Below are positions 38,838 through 46,930 of a stretch of DNA of 64,000 bases, in pieces. The stretch's first letter is position 1, and each line of letters begins with the position of its first letter. This DNA comes from Deferribacterales bacterium (lineage in GTDB: Bacteria > Chrysiogenota > Deferribacteres > Deferribacterales > Geovibrionaceae). The notes below the pieces were generated by a model. That model saw nothing but the letters and a program-made list of their open reading frames with translations. It had not been told where the DNA came from and did not search any database. The position numbers and the translations under genes are program-made. Where the stretch lies: assembly GCA_050253075.1 (NCBI GenBank), contig JBFWJS010000001.1:96001-160000 (forward strand), given 5' to 3'.

Positions 38838-39000
38838 ATCAGCACCGGACAGAACAGAACGTAGGAGGCGCGGAAAGGCCTCGTGTGAAAAAAATGGTTC
38901 TCCGGAGTTGTTAAAATAAATATGGAGGTAGGACGATTAATACCTCGATCTCAAGCCCCCGCTAAGAATGATCTTGATGACAAGGTTTTGCGGGGGCTTT
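38838..39000 (+). ncRNA. Candidate structured small RNA
   Basis: Upstream TTGAAA-16nt-TAGATT, three predicted stem-loops, ends in GC stem aagcccccgc/gcgggggctt; no credible ORF. Confidence 0.4.
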
Positions 39001-39056
39001 CAATTTATAGGGTGTCCACCCTGCCCCGTTTCTCATCAAAGATTATCAGACAGATG

Positions 39057-39950
39057 CTATTTATCGATTATATCAAAAAATTTCTGCGAGTTTCTAAGGT
39101 CTATATCTATTTTAAGGTAATACATATTTTCCTTTACCTCAGACGGCAGCTTCACATAGTCCTTCTCAGTGGTAAGGATAAGGTCGGCCTCCATCTCTCT
39201 CGCTTTGCGCTCGATGACATATGTCTCTCTTCCGCAGTAGCAGTGATGGTCTGTATATATCTTTTTACCCAGCAGCTCTGCGCCGAGTGAACGTACAAAT
39301 TTAAAGAATTTTGAAGGTGAGGCTATCCCCGCAAAAGCGAATACTCTCTTCCCTTTCAGTGCGACTTCCGCCTTTCCTTTGTCGTTATAGACCCCCGCAT
39401 ATGAAACATTGCTGAAAAACACGGGTTTGCCCTCGACATACTTTGCAGCTTTTTCAGGTATCGTGTCGTTCTCCGCTCTGGTAAAGATGACGATGTCCGC
39501 ACGCTTTATCCCCGATGCGGGTTCACGCAGATATCCAAAGGGGAACATCCATCCTGTCGAGATAGGCTTTGTATGGTCGAGCAGACATATATCTATGTCA
39601 CGCTTCATCTGCCTGTGCTGATATCCGTCGTCGAGAATATATATATCGGGCTTAAAATGCTTTTCGGCATATTCGTAAGAGCGCACACGCTCTTTCCCAG
39701 TGATGACTATCGCCTCGGGGCAGTTCACAGCCATCATATACGGCTCGTCCGCTGCCTTGTCGGGGCCGATAAGGATATTCTGCCCGTCGCTGATGACGTG
39801 GGTGTCGTATCCAATATTCCCTTTGTAGCCTCTGGAGAGTATGCAGACCTTTTTACCTTTTGATATATAATGTTTGGCAAGCATAACGGTGAACGGAGTC
39901 TTCCCCGTGCCGCCCATGCTGATATTGCCGACGGATATTATTTTAGACAT
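39057..39950 (-). CDS. lpxK: Tetraacyldisaccharide 4'-kinase
   Basis: SVGNISMGGTGKTP, LSRGY, DEP, LDDGYQH, PFGYLRE, TTEKD. Confidence 0.95.
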   Translation of the reverse strand: MSKIISVGNISMGGTGKTPFTVMLAKHYISKGKKVCILSRGYKGNIGYDTHVISDGQNILIGPDKAADEPYMMAVNCPEAIVITGKERVRSYEYAEKHFKPDIYILDDGYQHRQMKRDIDICLLDHTKPISTGWMFPFGYLREPASGIKRADIVIFTRAENDTIPEKAAKYVEGKPVFFSNVSYAGVYNDKGKAEVALKGKRVFAFAGIASPSKFFKFVRSLGAELLGKKIYTDHHCYCGRETYVIERKAREMEADLILTTEKDYVKLPSEVKENMYYLKIDIDLRNSQKFFDIIDK

Positions 39951-40710
39951 TCTTTTTTTCCTGGATTTCCTTTAAGAACAGATATTTGAGATATACATAT
40001 ATAAATGAGCTGACGGCGACAGCCATCCCCGCAAAGCCGTCCATAAAGCCGAGCTTTATGAAATACTTTTTAACGAAGGCAAACAGAGGCTTTGTATAAA
40101 GCGCCGTGTATGAGAACTTTTTGCCGTTTTTATCATAAGACTGCGCTGCGACCTTCGCATACTTCACCAGCCTCTGATAGTGGTCGAATATATCTCTGTA
40201 TGAATAATGGAGCAGATCGCCCCTCTTTATCTTTTCAACGCTGCCAGTGATGCTCAGCACATCGTGCGGGTCATATCCGCCCCATTTCGGGGATGCATCC
40301 CTGCGGACCAGCCTCAGCTTCCAATCGGGCTGCCACGAGTATTTCAGATATTTACCCATATAATATGTACGCCTGTTAACCATGTAGCCGTCAGACGTAG
40401 GATTTTTCACAGCGTTTATAACAGACTGTACAAGCTCCGCATCGGCTACCTCGTCACAGTCCAGACTGAGTATCCATTCCTGAGTGCATTTCTCGAGGGC
40501 AGAATTCTTCTGTGCCACATGCCCCTTCCAGTCTTCGACGAAAACCTTCGCTCCGAAGCTCTCCGCTATCTCGACTGTCCGGTCTGTGGAGTGGGAATCC
40601 ACAATGATAATCTCAGAGGCAATACCCTTAACGGCATCAAGTGTTTTGCCGAGGTTATCCTCTTCGTTAAAAGATATGATAGCCACCGAAAGTGGAAGTT
40701 TATCCTGCAT
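39943..40710 (-). CDS. GT2 glycosyltransferase (WaaE/KdtX-like, LPS)
   Basis: FNEE, VDSHSTDRT, QKN, LSLDCDE, GFMDG. Confidence 0.9.
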   Translation of the reverse strand: MQDKLPLSVAIISFNEEDNLGKTLDAVKGIASEIIIVDSHSTDRTVEIAESFGAKVFVEDWKGHVAQKNSALEKCTQEWILSLDCDEVADAELVQSVINAVKNPTSDGYMVNRRTYYMGKYLKYSWQPDWKLRLVRRDASPKWGGYDPHDVLSITGSVEKIKRGDLLHYSYRDIFDHYQRLVKYAKVAAQSYDKNGKKFSYTALYTKPLFAFVKKYFIKLGFMDGFAGMAVAVSSFIYVYLKYLFLKEIQEKKNV

Positions 40711-40913
40711 TTATTATCCTCGGGTCTGATTCAGGCAAGGATTATATCAGTATTTATAAAAAATACGCAATATTTTGTTACTTTTCGCTTCCATAGTGCA
40801 CATTATTATGGTTTACTGTGGGCAAATACATGGTGACATTTATAACAATATTTTAAAAGTGTTTTTTAAGTAATATTCTTCGCTAGAGTATTCATAAACA
40901 TAAGGAGCCGATC

Positions 40914-41705
40914 ATGGTGTACAAACCAGATGTTAAACCTATTCAGTCAGTGTATCACGCGCTGCAGCTTTTCGAAGTTTTTAGGAATGCTGAAAATAAA
41001 GACGAGTTTGGCGTGACAGAACTGAGTAAATCTCTTGGTCTGCATAAGAACAATGTTTTCAGACTTCTGGCTACACTGGCATCCAGAGGATACATAGAAC
41101 AAAACCTTAATACAGAGAACTACAGACTCGGCATAGGCATTTTCAACCTCGGCCAAAAGTTTGTTAACAAGCTCGGCATTCTGAAGCTCTCCAGACCTTT
41201 CATGGAGAAGATAGTCTCCGAGGTCAACGAGTCCGTATATATCGGCATCCTGCGTGAGGGGAACGTTATCTACCTCGACATAGCAGAGACACAGCTCCCT
41301 GTGCGTGTTATCAGCCGTGTGGGCAAGGATGTGCCCGCATACTGTACAGCCATAGGTAAAGTACAGCTCGCATTCTCTTCCGAGGAGGAGATAAACAAGA
41401 TATACACGGGCGCAAGGCTGAAAAGATACACAGACTATACCATCACATCTCTCCCTGCTCTGAAAAAAGAGCTGAAGCAGGTGGCTATAGACAACTATGC
41501 ATTCGACGCAGAAGAGTTTGAAAACAGAGTCCGCTGCATCGCCGTGCCTATCAAAGACTACCTCGGCGTACCTGTCGCTGCGCTCAGCGTCACTGGACCT
41601 GCATGCCGTATGACACAGGAGCGCATGGAGAAAGAGATACTCCCTGTCGCCAGAAAATATGCGAGAGAGATTTCAAAACGTCTCGGATATCAGGAAGCTC
41701 TTTAA
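40914..41705 (+). CDS. IclR-family transcriptional regulator
   Basis: GVTELSKSLGLHKNNVFRLLATL, PAYCTAIGK, RCIAVPI. Confidence 0.93.
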   Translation: MVYKPDVKPIQSVYHALQLFEVFRNAENKDEFGVTELSKSLGLHKNNVFRLLATLASRGYIEQNLNTENYRLGIGIFNLGQKFVNKLGILKLSRPFMEKIVSEVNESVYIGILREGNVIYLDIAETQLPVRVISRVGKDVPAYCTAIGKVQLAFSSEEEINKIYTGARLKRYTDYTITSLPALKKELKQVAIDNYAFDAEEFENRVRCIAVPIKDYLGVPVAALSVTGPACRMTQERMEKEILPVARKYAREISKRLGYQEAL

Positions 41706-41738
41706 CAGCTTCACCTTAGATTTGAATATACTAAGCAT

Positions 41739-41770
41739 AGCGGTGTCTTTTCTGGCACCGCTTTCTTTTT
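41739..41770 (+). terminator. Intrinsic terminator
   Basis: agcggtgtc / ggcaccgct stem then ttcttttt. Confidence 0.75.
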
Positions 41771-41844
41771 GTCCGGACACGTCACTTGCTAAAGCACCCT
41801 AAAACTCCCTTTACTTTTAAGGGCACTTCGTTTAATTTCTCTAT

Positions 41845-43458
41845 ATGTCATACATAGCACTAGCCAGAAAACTGAGACCCCAGAACTTCGACGAACTTTC
41901 AGGTCAGGAGTTTGTGGTCACCACCCTGAAAAACTCTATCGAGATGGGACGTGTAGCCCATGCATATCTTTTCACAGGCCCTAGAGGCGTGGGAAAGACC
42001 AGTGCCGCACGCATACTGGCAAAGGCTGTGAACTGCCTCGAGCCCGAGGGCTCAAACCCTTGCAACAAATGCGAAAACTGCCTTGAGATAACATCCGGCA
42101 CATCCATGGACGTGGTGGAGATCGACGGTGCTTCAAACCGAGGCATCGATGAAATACGCGAACTGAGAGAAGCTGTCCGCTTCCTCCCGCTCAAGTGCAA
42201 GTATAAGGTCTATATAATAGACGAGGTTCACATGCTCACCGAGCACGCATTCAACGCACTCCTTAAGACCCTTGAGGAACCGCCTGAGTACGTTATGTTC
42301 ATCCTCGCCACCACAGACCCGCAGAGACTCCCTGCAACAATTATCTCCAGATGCCAGAAGTACGACTTCAACAAGATACCCTTCGAAGTGATGTATACAA
42401 GCCTCGCAGGTGCCCTCGACAGTGAAAACATCGAGTATGACAAAGACGCTCTGAGCCTTGTGGTGAGGAACTCTGACGGATGTATGAGGGACTCGCTCTC
42501 TCTGCTGGATCAGATAATCGCCTTCACAGGGGGAAAGCTGGACGAGCAGAGCACATCTTTCCTGCTCGGATTTTCTGAAAAATCTCTGGTTGATAAACTG
42601 TTCAGCCTGATAATAAAAGAGGATGCAGACGGCATCCCCGAAGCGATAGAAGAGCTGTCCGGTAAAGGGGTGAACTTCACCTTTGCCACAGAGACGCTCA
42701 TCGGACACACACGAAACCTGCTGATGCACCTTGTAACCAAAAAAGACAGCAAGGAGCTCACATCGAAAGAGAACGACTTCTATCGTGAGCTTTCAAAGAT
42801 AACCTCACAACAGAGGCTTTATGCCCTCTTTCAGGTTTTCCAGAAACTGCTGAACGATATTAAATTCTTCAGCTTTGAGCAGTATGTATTTGAATTCGGC
42901 ATGTATAAAGCGGCGAACATAGGCTCCGTGATATCATCAAAAGCTCTCTCCACAGGGGGAAGCACACAGCCCGCACAGGCTCCAGCAGCACCTAAAGCAG
43001 CTGTAAAGAAGCCCGCCGAACAGCCTGCACAGCCGTCCCTGAGCTCCACAGACCTTGAGCTTCAGAACTTTATAAACGCAGTAGAGCAGGCGAGCCCAGG
43101 CTCACTCTCATCCATGCTGGGACACGGATACATCATCAGCACAGACGGCGGAGTACTCAGCATCGGCTTTTCATCTGAAAAGAAATTCTACTTCGACTTT
43201 ATCAATCGTGCCCAGAACATGCAGGCGCTCAACAGGATAATCCCCGAAGCCTTCGAAAACATAAAAGAAGTCAAAGCGGTCCTCGAGCAGGACATCAAAA
43301 AAAAAAGCATAGTTGAAAAAAAACAGACCATAGAGACCTTCCATGAAAAGAAGGTGAAGCAGGAAGCCAAAGAGGACGAACTCGTCCGGAAGATATTAAG
43401 AGAATTCGACGGAACACTGGAGGAAATCGAAGTCCTGCAGAAGCCGTCTTATGAATAA
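41845..43458 (+). CDS. dnaX: DNA polymerase III subunit gamma/tau
   Basis: LARKLRP, GPRGVGKT, zinc module C..PCNKCENC, IDEVHML, NALLKTLEEPP, ISRC. Confidence 0.97.
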   Translation: MSYIALARKLRPQNFDELSGQEFVVTTLKNSIEMGRVAHAYLFTGPRGVGKTSAARILAKAVNCLEPEGSNPCNKCENCLEITSGTSMDVVEIDGASNRGIDEIRELREAVRFLPLKCKYKVYIIDEVHMLTEHAFNALLKTLEEPPEYVMFILATTDPQRLPATIISRCQKYDFNKIPFEVMYTSLAGALDSENIEYDKDALSLVVRNSDGCMRDSLSLLDQIIAFTGGKLDEQSTSFLLGFSEKSLVDKLFSLIIKEDADGIPEAIEELSGKGVNFTFATETLIGHTRNLLMHLVTKKDSKELTSKENDFYRELSKITSQQRLYALFQVFQKLLNDIKFFSFEQYVFEFGMYKAANIGSVISSKALSTGGSTQPAQAPAAPKAAVKKPAEQPAQPSLSSTDLELQNFINAVEQASPGSLSSMLGHGYIISTDGGVLSIGFSSEKKFYFDFINRAQNMQALNRIIPEAFENIKEVKAVLEQDIKKKSIVEKKQTIETFHEKKVKQEAKEDELVRKILREFDGTLEEIEVLQKPSYE

Positions 43459-43988
43459 TGCGGGAAGAGACCTTGAAAGACATATCAAAACAAAACAGCA
43501 GCACGGGATGCTTTGTCTGCGGCGTGCATAACGACCACAGCCTTAAGGCGGGGTTTTATCACCTCGGCGAAGGTACCCTCGTGTCACTCTTTAAACCGCT
43601 GGATCAGCACCAGAGCTATCCGGGCGTTCTCCACGGAGGGATAGCAGCAGCTATACTCGACGAGACAATGGGGCGCACGATACTCTCGCTGGATGAAACC
43701 CTCTGGGGCGTCACCATCGAGCTGAATATGAAATACCGCAAGCCTCTCCCCACGGAAGAAGTGCTCTATGCAAAGGCGATAGTCACCGAGCATAAGAGCA
43801 GATACTTCATCAGCAAGGGTGCAATAATCCTCCCCGACGGTTCGGCTGCCGTTACCGCCACAGGGAAGTTTATGAAGCTGCCGCTGGATCAGATAACCCA
43901 GGGCGGAGACTTTCTCTCTGACTGGTTTTATGTAAAAGACGAAAATCAGATCCATCTGCCCGAACATGTGATGAATTTCGCACTCTGA
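43458..43988 (+). CDS. PaaI-family hotdog thioesterase
   Basis: CFVCG..N, HQSYPGVLHGGIAAAILDE. Confidence 0.9.
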   Translation: MREETLKDISKQNSSTGCFVCGVHNDHSLKAGFYHLGEGTLVSLFKPLDQHQSYPGVLHGGIAAAILDETMGRTILSLDETLWGVTIELNMKYRKPLPTEEVLYAKAIVTEHKSRYFISKGAIILPDGSAAVTATGKFMKLPLDQITQGGDFLSDWFYVKDENQIHLPEHVMNFAL

Positions 43989-44083
43989 CAGACGGGTTAA
44001 ACATTTATCGAATATTTACCTGACAATATTATTAATTAAGTCATTAATAATAGAGCTGATAATCGCCATAAAAGGGGTCAGCT

Positions 44084-46183
44084 ATGCTCAGGTCTTTTGT
44101 CCTGCTTCTGCTGTTGTTTACATCAGTTCAGGCATATGCGGAAAAAAACTTTATAAATATAAGTGTTGATAATAAACTTTTTACAAGTTCCGCTGTCAAC
44201 ATAACGATAGGTGATATGAAGACCCTTTTGGAAGAAAGTTTCAAAGGGAAGCCTGTCACACTGAACGGCCCGCAGGCGGAGATAAACATCCACCTCGAGC
44301 TTAGCGATTACTACACAATTTCAACTGCAAGAGATTTCCCCTCTAGCATTTTTTATCCTGTACAATTTTACAAATGGAGTTCGAGACCCTCAGCAGAGGG
44401 TCTCTCTCTATATCTATATGCCCCGAATGAGATGGGGCTGGTCTACGGGCTTTACGGACTGCTTCAGGAGAAGCTGGGGTTCAGGTTCTACCATCCGAAG
44501 GACACCTTTACCCCTTCCTTTAGCGAGTGGCCTCTCCCCGATACTTTCACATTCGAGGCGGAGCCCCTGTTCAACAAACGGGGATTCCACCTGCACACCA
44601 TGCACCCCATGGAGCTGACTGAACAGCTGCACGACGACATGGACGGCACAGCCCTGAACGACGTAAAGGAATACATCGACTGGCTGGTGCGCAACGGACA
44701 GAATGTCATGCAGTTCTGGCTGCTCCGCACGGTAAACCGTGAGACATGGCCCTCATACGCAAAGGAATATGTGGAATACGCCCGCAAGCGGGGTGTGCTG
44801 ACAGGCGTGGTGATAAGTCTCTCGACCCTCCAGCAGAAGGCATTCCAGACGGTAAACCTGCTGAACCCGCTGAAGCGGTATAAGAGCCAGATCGACGAAA
44901 ACCTCGAATGGCTGCTTCAGGTTCCATTTGACTATGTCAGCATAGACTTCACCATGGGGGAGTATCTTCCCGATCTCTCCGTCATGCTCCCTGCCCAGAA
45001 GAAATATCTGATAGAATCCATAAAGAAGAAATACGGCGTAAACGTGATGGAGAACACCCACGTGATAAAGCGTGAGCATACCGTCAGCCCCGAATGTGCG
45101 GGGATAATAATCCACTCCGTCATGTTTTATTCGCTGACAGAGCAGGATGCGCCCGTCTATGGAAACGAGAACCAGCAGTTCATGTATGACATGCTGCAAA
45201 AGGAAAAAGACAAACGTGAGACATGGTACTGGCCAGAATCATCTTATTGGGTCACATTCGACACATCCGTCCCGCTCTTCCTCCTCCCATATTTACAGAG
45301 CCGTCACGACGACATCATCACCATGTCCGAGCAGGGGATAGACGGACATGTGACATTCACATCGGGGTGGGAATGGGGCTACTGGGTCATAGACTACAGC
45401 ATAGCCAGATGGAGCTGGAGGTTTAAGACCGACGGCATAGAGCACAGGACATCACCCGTGTCCGTACTGGCGGATGTTTTCGAAGATGACGGCGAGGCGC
45501 TCTTCAACTACGCCGCAAACATACAGCAGACATACCTGAAAGATGAAAAGCTCATAAGCCTGCTTTCGGCAAAGACGCCTTTCGAGGAACTGCCGTGGCC
45601 TTTCAACAGACAGTTTCAGCCCACCAGCGATTATTCCATGCTGCGTGCCTCTATGCCTGTGATAGGGAAGAAACACAGGGATAAGATAAAAGAAGAGGCA
45701 AAACTGCTGCAGGAATTTGCCTTTGACCTGCGCTTCGTGGTAAATGCACTGCACAATAATGCCCAGCCCACGGACAAAGTGCGGGACAAGATGCGTACGG
45801 AGATAATCAATGCTCTGGACATAACAGCCCTCCGTGCCGAACACCGCAGCTATACCATGCTTGCGGGCGCATACCGAAACCCTAACCTGAACGACTCCTC
45901 CGACTTCTACTTTGAGTCCCTGATGGAAAAAGCAGAACACACGAGGAAGAAGGCGATGTACATCGTAAAGAATATGGAGAACGACTACAGATACCCCGTA
46001 TCACTGATAGCCAGAAAGATGCAGGGGCACACGTCATACGACTTCGGATATTTATATCCTGTCAGCGATCTATACTTCTGGCAGCGGGAAGAGAGGCAGG
46101 TGGCAGGGACAAGGTTTGACGCTTTCTTTATGAATTTATGGAATTTCTGGGATACACTAGGGCTGGACGGGCTTTTTAAATAA
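44084..46183 (+). CDS. Large exported hypothetical protein
   Basis: 699-aa ORF with signal peptide (AYA-E); YGLYGLLQEKLGFRFYHP, RGFHLHTMHPME. Confidence 0.75.
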   Translation: MLRSFVLLLLLFTSVQAYAEKNFINISVDNKLFTSSAVNITIGDMKTLLEESFKGKPVTLNGPQAEINIHLELSDYYTISTARDFPSSIFYPVQFYKWSSRPSAEGLSLYLYAPNEMGLVYGLYGLLQEKLGFRFYHPKDTFTPSFSEWPLPDTFTFEAEPLFNKRGFHLHTMHPMELTEQLHDDMDGTALNDVKEYIDWLVRNGQNVMQFWLLRTVNRETWPSYAKEYVEYARKRGVLTGVVISLSTLQQKAFQTVNLLNPLKRYKSQIDENLEWLLQVPFDYVSIDFTMGEYLPDLSVMLPAQKKYLIESIKKKYGVNVMENTHVIKREHTVSPECAGIIIHSVMFYSLTEQDAPVYGNENQQFMYDMLQKEKDKRETWYWPESSYWVTFDTSVPLFLLPYLQSRHDDIITMSEQGIDGHVTFTSGWEWGYWVIDYSIARWSWRFKTDGIEHRTSPVSVLADVFEDDGEALFNYAANIQQTYLKDEKLISLLSAKTPFEELPWPFNRQFQPTSDYSMLRASMPVIGKKHRDKIKEEAKLLQEFAFDLRFVVNALHNNAQPTDKVRDKMRTEIINALDITALRAEHRSYTMLAGAYRNPNLNDSSDFYFESLMEKAEHTRKKAMYIVKNMENDYRYPVSLIARKMQGHTSYDFGYLYPVSDLYFWQREERQVAGTRFDAFFMNLWNFWDTLGLDGLFK

Positions 46184-46194
46184 TGGGGGACAAA

Positions 46195-46557
46195 ATGCTG
46201 AACAAACCGAAATTCGGACTTTTCAGAAACACATCATTCGCTCTGCAGGGGCTTGCTGAAGTTTTTAAGAACGAATCCTCTTTCAAAGTAGAGGTTTATA
46301 TATTCATCGTTTGCCAGATACTATTCTTTTCCATACCCATCCCTCTGCTGGCAAAGGCGATACTCTCCACATCATGTTTCCTCCCTTTATTCGCCGAGCT
46401 GGCAAACAGTGCCATAGAGCGGAATGTCGACCTTGTCACCATGGAGTTCGACAAGCGGGCAAAGGCAGCAAAGGACGCAGGGAGCGCAATGGTGTTTGCC
46501 TCGTTCATCATCACGGGCATCATATGGGGCTGGACAGCTTATTTTCTCATTTTTTGA
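46195..46557 (+). CDS. dgkA: Diacylglycerol kinase
   Basis: ESSFKVE, ELANSAIE..VD, KAAKDAGSA; three TMs. Confidence 0.92.
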   Translation: MLNKPKFGLFRNTSFALQGLAEVFKNESSFKVEVYIFIVCQILFFSIPIPLLAKAILSTSCFLPLFAELANSAIERNVDLVTMEFDKRAKAAKDAGSAMVFASFIITGIIWGWTAYFLIF

Positions 46558-46595
46558 CATCCGTCAATTTAATCAGGACGAAACATTCATATATT
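46554..46595 (+). promoter_or_regulatory. Crp/Fnr-type box with class II promoter geometry
   Basis: Perfect palindrome TTGAC-ATCC-GTCAA (46554-46567); TATATT -10 at 46590-46595. Confidence 0.6.
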
Positions 46596-46628
46596 AGCTT
46601 CAACAACTGATATAAAAGGAGTGTTATT

Positions 46629-46868
46629 ATGCATGACGGTTGCAGCGGAAGCTTTGAATCAGGCAAGCAGGTAGTGGATAAGCTGAGAGCAATGGGCTTC
46701 TCATCGGGCAATATGCCTCTGCCGCTTGAAGTGACATGTGAAGAATGCGGAAAAGGCTTTAACATGTATACATTTGAGCATAAATGTGAATGCGGTATGG
46801 TATACGGTGTTACTCCCTGCCACGCCTTCGACCCTTCGAATGTTCAGGCAGCGGGCAAAGACTACTAA
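46629..46868 (+). CDS. Small Cys/His-rich putative metal-binding protein
   Basis: 79 aa; HDGC, CEEC, CECG, PCH; AAGGAG RBS. Confidence 0.8.
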   Translation: MHDGCSGSFESGKQVVDKLRAMGFSSGNMPLPLEVTCEECGKGFNMYTFEHKCECGMVYGVTPCHAFDPSNVQAAGKDY

Positions 46869-46930
46869 CATTCACTTGTAATCAGACGTCCTGCCACTTA
46901 TTATCAATATATACAAAGGCAGGGCTGTAA

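Noticed and set aside
38922..39290. 122-aa ORF starting inside the candidate sRNA
   Set aside because: No RBS, runs through a terminator-like stem and overlaps lpxK antisense
40831..40849. Rex-like site TGGTGACATTTATAACAA between the GT2 and IclR genes
   Set aside because: Several mismatches to the consensus in AT-rich DNA; not distinguishable from chance
41706..41844. SRP RNA (ffs) upstream of dnaX
   Set aside because: No SRP helix-8 motif; only a terminator and a short inverted repeat are present
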